A DNA stretch of 64,000 nt from Octopus sinensis (Eukaryota), in contig NC_042999.1 in the NCBI RefSeq assembly GCF_006345805.1, positions 21,080,001-21,144,000 on the forward strand. The letters run 5' to 3'. A program made the translations under genes and the position numbers. A model generated the notes under the pieces. That model saw only the letters and a program-made list of their open reading frames with translations. It was not told the DNA's origin and ran no database searches. Positions 51,898 through 64,000 of the stretch are shown here, in pieces (position 1 is the stretch's first letter; each line of letters begins with the position of its first letter).

Positions 51898-52600
51898 TAC
51901 CGTAAATCCTCGAGTATAATCCGCCTTTTTTCCCTAAAATTTAAAGGTCAAAATCCCTAGTGCGTACCATATACGAGGTTAAAAATGAAAAGTATTTTCT
52001 AAGTAATGTCTGAGTCTCTATTTGCTGTCCGGCAATGTTTATTCAGACGCATTTTGTGATGTCGGGCGCGAAAAATACAATTTTTTTTCTAGGCCTTTTA
52101 TAGGAACTTATAAGGTTGGCCTCTAACCAGGCCTTTTGCTGTACTCTTAAAGCCAGGAACTTTTCAACAAATGTGTGCATGAGTTGCACTTATAGTGTAG
52201 TATCTTTATCTTTTAAGTTGAAACTAAAAGTTTTATTCTCTTTTAAATTAAAGAAATTTTCATTTCCATGAACCTTGCTTACAGACGCCGTTGCTCATGG
52301 ATATTCACGTCTCCTTTTTCGCTGAATTTTACCGAGGAAATATTTTAGGATACAGCCTGAAACACCATCGAGTATCTCCTCTCTCCCTCTCAGTTTCTCT
52401 TGTCAAATTCTCAAGGGCTTACTTTACATATGACGTTTAATGAAGTAACCCTTTCTTCCCTTGAACCACTGCGTAACTTTCTGGTGGATGGAAGCTCGCT
52501 TCGTTTAGAGCAGATTCAACTTTCGTCTAAGGAACCTCAATTGTTCCTTTTGATATACTATTGCATTTGTTTATAAAAGCTTCATCTCACACAACTACAT
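51898..52600. mobile_element. pogo/Tigger-like DNA transposon remnant (TIR at 51898)
   Basis: TA-CCGTAAATCCTCGAGTATAATCCGC TIR-like start; weak HTH-like minus-strand similarity near 52430-52560. Confidence 0.4.
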
Positions 52601-52611
52601 GTGAGTTGGAC

Positions 52612-52642
<31 letters not shown>

Positions 52643-53077
52643 GATATTAATAGTTTATTGGTAATATATGTTCCATCCCATCAAAAACTGTTGTCTCAAC
52701 GTGAGCTGTTCACTTGCCGAGTTAATTATTTTGATGTATCTCTCATCTAAAAATATATTGGTTCAAAAACATTTCCAACGGTTGTGTTGTTTTAAATTGG
52801 TTCATTAATTCTTATGTTCAACTTTGATTGTATTTTTTCAGATTATCATATTTTTTGGTCATGCCGTAAACGTACTTTAATATAAGCTGATTTTACATAA
52901 TACTTATAACAATATGAATTTCCTGTATATCATTTGTAGCGTCTTCTCCGTCTCTAATACGCTCAGCCTGATCACTGCCATAGTCTCATTCTTCCATTTT
53001 CTCATTGCCACTTTCATATTCTTATCTTCTCACAATTACGCCCTCAAAATACCGATGCAAAATAATTTCATCTGACA

Positions 53078-53485
53078 GTTTTACTCTTTTACTTGTTTCA
53101 GTCATTTTGACTACAGCCATGCAAGAGCACGGCCTTTAGTCGAGCAAATCGACCCCAGGACTTATTCTTTGTAAAGCCTTGTACTTATTCTATCAGTCTG
53201 TTTTGTCGAACCGCTAAGTTACGGGGACGTAAACACACCTGCATTGATTGTCAAGCGACGTTGGGAGGACAACCACAGACACACAAACACACAAACATAT
53301 ACACACACGTACATATATGCAGATACATATATACGACGGGCTTCTTTCAGTTTCCGTCTACCAAGTCCTCTCACAAAGCTTTGATCGGCCCGAGGGTATA
53401 GTAGAAGGCACTTGTCCAAGCTTCCGCGCAGTGGGACTGAACCCGGAACCATGTGGTTCGTAGGCAAGCTACTTACCACACAGCC
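53078..53485 (-). mobile_element. SINE S1
   Basis: Reverse complement, head to tail. Confidence 0.9.
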
Positions 53486-54366
53486 TATATATATTTATTG
53501 TTGTATACTTTGTATCCTGATTTTAGAGTGATGCACTACTTTTTAACAATATTACTCGATTCATTTGTAATCCTATATACCATTCTACATGTAAATTATC
53601 TTCGATCAGGCACAAGTGTTATTTTTAATTCCTAATCTTTATGTAGCTTTGCTGAACTAATTAGTAAATCTTATTTTAAATATTGGTGTACATGTGTATA
53701 TACCTGACTTCCTGGGGGCAGCTGTAGGATTTTAATGAACATTTTCTCGAACAAACCTATCGAGACATGAGAAATTTAAATTGAACATTGCCAGTTACAC
53801 AAACGGTTATTTCCTGAGAGTAACATTTTAATAATTTTAGACTTATCCGAGATTATATCGATATTTTTCCAGTACAGCTATGTACATTATTGTAAATTTT
53901 TGATAGATATTAAGATTTTCAGTTTAGAATTACAACTAAATCATTTGCAATATATGCTAAATGAATCATTTGAAATTTTATAAAAAAGCTTCGTGGTTAT
54001 TGATTCCAGTATAAGAGTCTATGATTCATTATAATATATTTCTCAATTACCTCTAGCCTGAACTGTAACCAAATAAGTTATTCAAGTGTACAGTTAAGCA
54101 ACAATTTTACAAGGCTGCATTCAAACACTTATATCTAATATCATGCATTTTCCTCCACTATTGGCATTTGAATAAATCACCCATTACACCTTATATTTCG
54201 CATATCACCTTCACCTCTTTTTCCATTTATGCCAATTAAAGATATCACCAAACTAGCACATTATGATTGTTCATTTCAGCATCACAGCCACGACTCGTAT
54301 TACTAAAAATATGCAAAAAAAAAAAACGAAACCAAATATCTCTCTCGTGTATCTGTGTGTGTGTGC

Positions 54367-54409
<43 letters not shown>

Positions 54410-54471
54410 TGCATACACACTTGCACTGCGCACGTGTGTGTGTGTGTGTTTCTTACAATATATATATATAT

Positions 54472-54880
54472 AGAGGAAGGAGTGGCAGTGTGTTAAGTAG
54501 CTTGCTTACCGACCACATGGTTCCGGGTTCCGTCGCACTTCGAGGTACCTTGGGCAAGTGTCTTCTATTATAGCTCGGCCGACCAAAGCCTTGTGAGTGG
54601 ATTTAGTAGACGGAGACTAAAAGAAGCCCGTCGTGTATATGTATTTGCGTATATATATGTGTATACGCATGTTTATATGTATATATATAAATATATATAT
54701 ATATTGTGTATACATGTGTATATATTTGTGTGTGTGTATGTTCCCCTAACATCGCTTGACAGCCGATGCTGGTGCATTTTCGTCTACGTAACTTACCGGT
54801 TTGGCAACAGTCGATTTACTCGACTAAAGGCGGTGCTTCTGCATGACCGCAATCAAATGACTGAAACAAGTAAAAGAATA
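54472..54880 (+). mobile_element. SINE S1
   Basis: Head-to-tail match with an internal deletion. Confidence 0.88.
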
Positions 54881-55140
54881 TATATATATATATATATTCC
54901 TGATATTCTTCTCATGCTGAAAAATGTGATCGTTTAATGAAACCTAAAAGGAACTTTCAATGAATTAATATATTTGACGCTACACATCGTATCGAGTTGG
55001 TTGCAAATTTGAACGCTTATAAATATAATACTCACGCGTGCGCGGACTCATAACGTACCAAATACACACATATACACGTGTACATACATGTATATGTGTT
55101 CGGGGTGAGTGTGTACGTGTACGTATAAAAAAGAATAATA

Positions 55141-55388
55141 AGTGCGCCCTTTTAAAGCCTAGCCATGCTCATGGGCCCGGTTTCCCGTTCCATATGGCGT
55201 ATGTGTTCCCCAGCTGGACGAGACGCTAGTACATCGAAGCGTAACTCATTTTTGCCTGCTGAGTGGACTGGAGCAACGTGAAATGAATTTTTTGCTCAAG
55301 AACACAACGCGTCGCCCGGTCCATGAATCGAAACCACAATCTTACGATCATGACGTTGACAACTTAACCACTAAACCACACGACTCTA
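55141..55388 (-). mobile_element. SINE S3 (short form)
   Basis: Reverse complement of 32511-32758. Confidence 0.88.
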
Positions 55389-56275
55389 CGCGTGTGTGTA
55401 TCAGGGAAAGATAAATTTCAATAAGTGAGAACCTCGTAGAAAAAATTGAAGTCTATAATTAAAAAAATGTACAATTGTCCGGCAATGCAACACTTTACTT
55501 GTGAATTCAGCACGTTTATTTAAACGTCGGTCACAGGCAGGTGTCGAAAAAAGTGGGAAAAAAAAAAAACTAAAGAAAAACGACGACTTGGAGACGAGAC
55601 AAACAATTAATGAGTATTGAAGAATTCTAACTACATTGCTTATTCACATTGTTACGTTTGTTATATTGCACAGACAGCTAGTTTTGTTGCTTTGAGACAA
55701 TATCACGCAAATATTCTTATGCTTTGGTAATGCCATACGATGAGCAATTATTAAAAGTTGTAGCTACAGAAATAAATAATAAAATATTTGTATAATGCAG
55801 ACATACAACAACAGGAACAGACACGGAAAGCGTCCAATTCTTAAAAGATACACGCATATGTTCCGAAGTATTTAGTTATGCTGTGCTTAGAGACATGAAA
55901 GCTAACATGGCTCTAACTAGGTGTTTCAGTTGATATACTAATATATCTTTACATGTATGTGGGTGTGTATGTGTGTGTTCTTTTATATCTTATTCTGCAA
56001 GCCATATCACAGTGTTTATTTAATGAGTATTATTATTTCTCCACTGTTTACTTGTTCCAGAAAAATACACGGATATTGAATCGTGCTTCGCAAATGTTTA
56101 ATTTCGAGTAATTTATTTACCACAGATAATGTCATGCTGGCGATTTCAAATAAGAATGAAATGGCGCTATTTATGCCTATCTGTAATTAGAAAACTTAAC
56201 ATATTTGTATTGAAAAAAAATATATATTGGATATGTATATTCTGCGGATCAGCTGCGATGTACTTTGATTTAATA

Positions 56276-56506
56276 AGGCGGCGAGCTGGCAGAATTGTTA
56301 GCACGTCGGGCGAAATGCCGAGCGGTATTTCGTCTGCCGTTACGTTCCGAGTTCAATTCCTGCCGAGGTCAACTTTGCCTTTCATCCTTTCGGGGTCGAT
56401 AAATTAAGTACGAGTTACGCACTGGGGTCGATATAATCGACTTAATCCGTGTGTCTGTCCTTGTTTGTCCACTCTGTGTTTAGCCCCTTGTGGGTAGTAA
56501 AGAAAC
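56276..56506 (+). mobile_element. SINE S2
   Basis: Matches 15787-16017. Confidence 0.9.
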
Positions 56507-56840
56507 ATATTCTTTGATTTAATATTCAGACTTCTAGCCATGACTCCGAAAGTGATTATCTCCCTTCCTATAACTAGCCGCCAGGACACACAACGTGTTT
56601 AAACACGTGTATGGATACAGAAGTATATGAATATGAATGGATGTGGAATTAAAACAATATAGTTGCTTGTACAAGGGAATAAATAAACGAAAATACACGA
56701 GACATGTACCTGTACATAAATATATGCATACATATATACTTGCAATAACTGGTGTATAGGATCAGGCGGAATTTCGCACAGGAAGAGAAAGTTGTGCTAT
56801 TAGGTAATAAAATACGTTAGGATATTTCTGCTTAGGTGTA

Positions 56841-57038
56841 ATAGCACGCCGGGCGAAATGCATAGCCGTATTTCGTCTACCGTTACGTTCTGACGTCAAA
56901 TTCCCCCGAGGTCAACTTTGCCTTTCATCCTTTCGGGGTCGATAAATTAAGTACCAGTTAGGTACTAGGGTCGATGTAATCGACTTAATCCGTTTGTCTG
57001 TCCCCTCTATGTTTAGCCCCTTGTGGGTAATAAAGAAA
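56841..57038 (+). mobile_element. SINE S2, slightly 5'-truncated
   Basis: Matches 15787-16017; GATATTTCTG occurs on both flanks. Confidence 0.88.
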
Positions 57039-57702
57039 CCGATATTTCTGTGTAGGCATAATTGTAAATCGAGATGGCTACAAAATAAGCGATTCTTTCG
57101 ATATAGTTAGATAGATGCATACCTATGTATGTTTATACACCTATATCCATCAACAAAACACTATTTCCATCCACCGTTCGCATGCACTCAAATTCTATAT
57201 ATGTTTAAAATGCCTCCACTCCTTTTACTGAATTCGCATACAACTACACAAACTCACTCAGAGCGAAGAAAAACGGATGGTGGTGGAGTGAGATGAAAAA
57301 TATACACAGGAGAAAATAACCTGTGAAATTACATTTAGAATAACTAAATTCTGTTAATTTGTAATGATTTCTATGGCGTAATTTAGGCCCTGTTATCTAA
57401 GACGTGAAATATTTATTCAATTATTTCATATAAAACCGGAGAGAAAACAAGAAAGAAGACGGCGACGACAGCGATGATGATGATTAGAATTTGGTTATTC
57501 TAAACCTACGCATTTTTTTAATATTTGGAAAAGTCTTTCATTTGTTGCTCACGGAAATTCTGCTGTTATATCTTCGCAAGCTGGTCGAACAGCCGCGCAA
57601 GTGTCGCTGTTTGTTGCCACAATATAAAAATAGCTGCTGTTCTGTAAACTTAGATGTTGTGATAATTGTATCAATTGTATATCGTGAAATATAATTCCAT
57701 AG

Positions 57703-57886
57703 ATTTTATAGAGACGATACTGTGAGATTTAAGCTGATAGTTTCAGCCAGTTGGAAAAATGTTTATGGTTACTTATTCCAGGAAAATGCCTCTGATTATT
57801 TTTGTCTTTTAGTTTCATTTTCAGATTATCAGAAAGGACTGGTGGTAGCCTTAAATGACCAAAAAACAGGTTACTTCATTCATCAG
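57703..57886 (+). other. Candidate orphan coding exon
   Basis: ttccatag|...catcag|gtatat with 61 open codons (FYRDDTVRFKLIVSASW...NDQKTGYFIHQ); no recognised homology. Confidence 0.25.
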
Positions 57887-60199
57887 GTATATTGAAAGAC
57901 GGTGTGAATGTTGAATTAATTAATCATAGAAACGCTTGTTTTACGTGGTGATGTTAGATTCTTTGTTGTTGGATTTTCAGCTTAGAAAACTTTAGGATCG
58001 AATTCATTTATTTATTGTTTAGACAATTTCAGAAAATTTACTACGCGCTCTGTTTATATATTTAGTATGCAGTTATATATGCAGTGTGCTGAATATTCGC
58101 GTGAGGTATTTTTCCAACAGGCCGTAACATGATTTATGTGAATTGTGAAGAAAATGCGTAGAAATTCTTTTGCTATAGAAGGGCAATTAGCTTTCATTGA
58201 AGTAGTAGTAGTAATTATAGTATTATTGTTTCGTAATTGAAACTAATTTGTATTTCCCTTTTTCATATGCTTTGTTCCCCTTCCCTAAAATTAATATTGA
58301 TATTATGCAAGTTACAGACACCTAACAGAAAATGTCTTCATTTGTGACAAAAGAAAAAAAAAACCCAAACCGAGATACGTAAGCATTCATAATTAATGAG
58401 ATACTTATATTGTAGCTATTTCATATTTCCTAACTGAGAGTGGTGATGATGTATTCCTTATATTCTGTGATAATTATGTTTTATATCACGTATCTGTAAA
58501 TTGTCATTCTTCCAACGTAGGTTAATTTGTTCGATATTTCGATGTTCTTATGTTTTTACTACCATTATTGCGCCCCAACTGTTATTTTCGCTGCTATTGT
58601 GCTCGATCGTTTGTTCAACTCCATTGCAGTTTGGATAATTATATATAAATAATATATATTTTGCTTTGGCACGACCCTATCGATGTGGAGGGCAAGTATA
58701 TGCACTGCGAAATTAAGTTTTTAATATCGCAATGTGAATGCGATGGTGTTCCGAAGATCTCCTTCAGCTAGATTTTATTCTCTTTCTCATTATCACACAG
58801 AGACACAGACACACACAGATATACACCCATGCATATGTGTATGTGTGTGTGATCATATACGCATAATTCCCTCCATATTGAAATTAATACTACATAAAGA
58901 TTCCGAAACAGAGGTAACTCAGTAGAAATAACGTGGTTAAGTAAATATACATTCATACGTCCCAGCTTATGGTTATATACGCAGATATACACATACATAC
59001 ATACATGAAATAACTGAAGTTACCAGAATTGCAAGATTATTCAATAAAACTCAATAAATCCTATGGAAGAAGTGTTCCACATAGATATCGTAAATCATTT
59101 GACTACGCATTTTATTTTCTTCCCGATATGCGTATTGATCCCTCCTTTTTACAAGGGTCACCGATCTATCGAAACCCTCTTAACCTAAGTTCGAGAAATT
59201 TCATGAGTATAATTTGTATCATTCAAAACTATTTGCATACTTTTTGCAGGTTATCCTAATTTGGAGGATATATCGGGTCATGTTCTTTAAGCATATATAC
59301 AAGACAATGAACGAGTAACGTACTGTGGAGCATTTACAGGAATAATGCTGATTACCAATATAGGAACTGTATAGCTGTATACATTATTCTGCCTAATCTT
59401 GTGTCGGTGTGGTCTTCGAAATTATTGCATCTTCATCACAAATTTGGTGACACTGCATAGATTAATCCGAACGTATGTTCAGAGAATTTGAGCGATCGTT
59501 GACAAATAACTGAATGCCAATCTTCCTTATATCCACACCAATTATACATTATGTATCCATTATTGTGTGTTCTGTTCCTCTCTGGGTATAATTAAGAGAA
59601 GCAAAAATCGGTAGGTTTTGGCTTTAGATAATATTTCCTGTTAAATTCGGTGATACATTTTGGGATTATAGGTTCCAAACAGGAGTAAAACTATAAGATA
59701 TATTTCAACTGGATTTCTTACTGAAGGATATCATCACTTCGAACTATCCAAAGGTATTCCCGACACTCAAATCCTTTTTAAATATATTTAATATTAGCCT
59801 AAAGCTGTATTATTCTTATTATACTCTCTTACAATATGTATTTTTCTTCATAATTCTTTATACTTCTTCATAATCATCATTATCATCTTCATCCTTCACA
59901 TTATCATCTTCTGTTTCTCTTCTATTCATTCTTTCTCCTTTACATCCCTTTCTTTTTTTTCATTCGTGTTTTTTCTCTCCGGTTTTATGAAATAATTGAA
60001 AATAATACTTCACATTTTAGATAACACATAAATCACTCAATACAAAGCATTGCAAATCAATAGAATTTGGTTATTCTAAAGGTAATTTTAATGGTTATTT
60101 AGAAAATAATGAAATAAGTCAATGATTATTTGAACGTCAAAATCTCGTATGAAAGTGCTACACATATATACATACGTATATGACCCTACAACTTATCCT

Positions 60200-60430
60200 C
60201 TTTGGTAAGAAGTTTACTTCGGCGCCACAGAATTCCAGTTCAGTTTATTGCTTGCCACCTTGGGCAAGTCTCTTCTACCATAGCTTCAGGCCGACCAGAG
60301 CCTCGTGCGTAGATTTGGAAGACGAAGACGGAAAGAAACTCCGCGTGTGTGTGTGTGTTGGTGTATGCCCGCCCCCTACTTCCGCTTGACAACTACTGTT
60401 GGTGTACTCCTGAAGCCGTGACTTAAACCT
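60200..60430 (+). mobile_element. Old, degenerate SINE S1
   Basis: CCTTGGGCAAGTC..GGCCGACCA..TTGACAAC still recognisable. Confidence 0.65.
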
Positions 60431-60649
60431 CAAAATTGTTGGAAATAAAGGACATTTGTTGAATGATAGAATTACAGATTCCCAGAACTTCAAGTTTTTG
60501 CTCAAGAATACCAACATCACTGCACTTCTTTAGTTGTTGCAGGTCCGATGCCATTAACACCACCGATTGCTAACCGAAACAAAACCGTTGTATTAGTGGT
60601 GGGAAAATGTCTCCTCTGGGTATTATATCGTAGAAGCGAAACACTGGTC

Positions 60650-63600
60650 CACGTGCTATTTGCCAGAAATTTATGAAAACTCTTATGCGTTGGTTGAGAT
60701 AAATATAAAGTAAAAAATGAAATCATATATTAAAAATGCCACAATAGTAAATAAGTAACTATATAAAATACTGAAGGATACGTCGCACATTTTTATAAGA
60801 ATAAAATGTGAAGGTATAAATCCTGGTTAAAATATTATTATAAATCTTATATCTAAAGATTAAATTCTAACAAATTTAAAGAATAGATAAACTTTCCTAG
60901 AGATCGTTACGACTAAATATTTCAAATTTAGCTTAAAATTAAAAAATTTTAAATTATAGCAGGGTACTGCAAAGTAAAAAAGTACCAAGTGAAAAAGTAA
61001 ATAAAATTTGAACTAAAAATAAGATTCAGTATAAAAATAAAATTTAAAAATTATAATTTAAATTTATTTTTAACGTTGAAATTTTCAATGTTTATCAATT
61101 TTTTCAACTTTCATTCATCAATTTCTAATTTATTTTGAAATATTTTTAATTATTTGATTTTAGATTTATAACTTAATTTTTCTTTTTACTTTTCAGTTTT
61201 GTTCTATATATATATAAAAAAAAAAGAAGCGGACAGAACGTATCACTGCAATGCAGACTGCCAACTCTAGCTTTCCTGCTCATCTAACCGAGAAGGGCAA
61301 ATTGACAATATATCGGCCGTTGTCTGACAGATTTGAAGTCGAGTCTGTGGCAGTGGAGATCTCCGGCTACATCTCTACTTACTGCTATAATAGCAGAGAT
61401 GGCTATTCGCATGTGCAAGTTACGTGATTCAAAGTGGTTGTTCTAGCACCTCACTCTCACCATCTTCCAACGCAAAGCCTTTTGTATTTTCTCCGCTGGT
61501 ACCTTGAGGCGCACCGATAAATATGATATCGTTTAGATCAACAGTTTACCCTGCAACAATCCACCAACAACAGAATATGCCACTTCAAACACAAGTATAA
61601 AGTGACCTCACACAAATAGAAATTTTTAAAATAACAGCAGTCGGACATGAAAAATACTCAGGGGCCATGAGTAATAATTGTACTAAAAGAAAGTAATTTA
61701 TATGGAAAACATGTTTCTCTATGCAAAGATGACTAGCCATATAACTGAAGGGGAAACTACGATGAAGCAATTAATTTTGATAACAACGAAATAACTAATG
61801 TTAAAGTGGCAAAAATAACGGGTAATCATTACTATAAAGGATAATAAATAAGAAGACAAGAAAAGATCGTCCCACTTTCAAAAACCTGCAGCACTCGACT
61901 AAGAAGTCATTGAGAATCAAAATCAAGAGTTACTCAATTCACCCGACGAAAATCTGAAAATGAAGGACCGATTCCAGTAGAACAACACCGATACCTGTTC
62001 ACAATCAATTTTTAAAAATTAATAAGCTAACACCATATGCTGAAGGTGACGCGTTAAGCCTTTTCAAAAGGAAGAAATAGTTGATCATATCGGTCCCAGT
62101 GCTCAACTTGTATTTATGTTCTCGACTTCAAAGTATAAACGACAATTTTTTACCTCAGAAGACTCAAAGCAAAAAATCGTGCAGGAAATTACTTTTGAGG
62201 ACCTAACGTGTTTAAGGTGCCAAATCGCCAACCTAAAGACAAATTGCATTTAACAGCTGGATAGTATAGAGTCCTGAGAACAAACACGAATTATGACACA
62301 AAGTAGCTTAATTGAAGTGATTAAGAAAGCGAAATCAACAAAGATAGCAGATACATGAATAAAATGTCAAGAGTATAAATAAGATACATCAGAACATTTG
62401 CATAAAATCCCACTAAAACTTTACAAATTTGTCAAATGCTAAGTTAATGTATTCTCGTTAAGAATAACAAATAACGCAGACGTAATAAAGTTTTGTCAAG
62501 CAGACCAGAAGAAAAATTGTTACTTTACATTTACGTTACTCTCAAAAAGTTATGTGAAGAAATTTGATAAATTTGCTAAAGAGCAAAAGCCCATCCTAAG
62601 AAATTTTGAAGTCGTTCGTCGCAAAACTTATTTTATAATAATAGACATCAGATCAGTAATAGTACTTCCCTCCAAAATGAAGACAATTGATGATAACCTG
62701 CGTTTTTCTTATTCTGTACTATAATTTATGCCAATAAGAGGGCTACGTTAACACGCACACACAGGACTTAAAGTTTCTATATCAACGATATGATTATCAC
62801 TGCAATTTTTCAGCTGTTGCTAATCCGGTGCACTTAGAACTGTCAATTACAAAACCGAAAAACCCCCAGCAATGGTGAGAAGCAAAATGCAAAAAAATCT
62901 GCAAGGGAAACAATTCATTGTGGCTTGATTGCCAGAACGTAGTAAAAAAAATACTAGTAATTGTAGGTTGAAATAGTTATAAGACAAGAAATTAAAGGAT
63001 ATTGAAAAAAATACAATAGTATATAAACGAATAAATAAATACATAATCGAATGAACAAAGGATATGTCGCACATCCTCTTATGAACAAAACATGGAAAGT
63101 AGGAATAGAGTTAAAAATATTACAAATCTGTGAACCTAAAGTTAGTTATCAAAAATCAACTTAAACACAAACATTTCCGAGCAATCTTTAGGCTTACAGG
63201 TTTCAAAAGTACAAAATATGAAATGATATTTTTTTTATTTTTTATTTTAATTAAGATTAATATGGTATTGAAAATTTTGAAAATTACGAAGAGAAAAGTA
63301 AATAGAATTAGAGCTGAAACTAAAATTTTGAAGAAAAATTATTATCAGTCATAAATAGGATTGAAAATAGAAATTGAGAAACAAAAATGAAATGAAAATA
63401 TCATTAGTTAAATGAATTAAAATATATTTAACAAATGAAACAACAAAAATTAAGAGAAAACAACTGAGGATTAAAAATTTTTTTTAAATAAAAAGAAAAA
63501 TTAAAAGATCAAAAATCTAAAATGAAATAATTAAAAATAATTCAAAATTGATTTAATTAAAAATTAATGAATAAAAGTTGAAAAAATTGAAAAATTCAAC

Positions 63601-64000
63601 TTTAAATATAAATTTAAATTGTATTTTTTAAATTTTATTTTTATGTTGAATCTTACTTTCAGTTCAAATTCTATTTACTTTCACTTGTTAGTTTTTTAAG
63701 TACCCTGTTATATTTCATTTAAGCGTTTAATTTTAAGTAAATTTTGAAACATTTTATTCTAAAGGTTTCTCAGGTTTATTTTTTTTTTGATATTCTTAGA
63801 ATTTAACCTTTAGTTGTAAGATTTATAATAATATTTCAACCACACTTAATGCCTTCATATTTTATTCTTATATAAGATATTCAAGGTTTGGTCGCAAATT
63901 TTTATATGTACTAAATATATGATCTAATTTTTTTACTTTATATTTATTTCAACCAACACATAAGAGAGTTTTTACAAATTTCTCGCAAACAGCACGTGAA
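60650..64000. mobile_element. Long-inverted-repeat (foldback-like) structure; arms about 60650-61205 and 63455-64000 (runs off the window), third direct copy at about 62925-63300
   Basis: CACGTGCTATTTGCCAGAAATTT..CTCTTATGCGTTGGTTGAGATAAATATAAAG aligns to the reverse complement of the window end across ~550 bp. Confidence 0.8.

Noticed and set aside
57485-57504. Heat-shock element
   Set aside because: GAA and TTC are 8 nt apart, which does not fit the alternating nGAAn pentamer register.

Overview
Very AT-rich, repeat-saturated animal genomic DNA. The SINE families and the (TA)n/(CA)n density resemble an Octopus genome, recalled from memory and not verified by any search. I find no intact protein-coding gene; nearly all ORF-track entries are translations of microsatellites or transposon debris. 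Recognisable content: about 25 tRNA-derived SINE copies from three abundant families, several mariner/Tc1 relics, two RTE-type and one CR1/L2-type LINE relics, two R4/Dong-type restriction-like-endonuclease relics, a Penelope GIY-YIG relic, two Helitron-type elements (one carrying a 10 x 146 bp array) and two foldback structures. Two observations stand out. (1) Three separate non-coding element types carry degenerate minimal hammerhead-ribozyme architecture of the Penelope type, one fused to a tRNA-like head. (2) Collinear, indel-riddled fragments resembling MTHFSD lie on the + strand from about 2.5 to 36.4 kb, most simply an unprocessed pseudogene. All alignments were done by eye.
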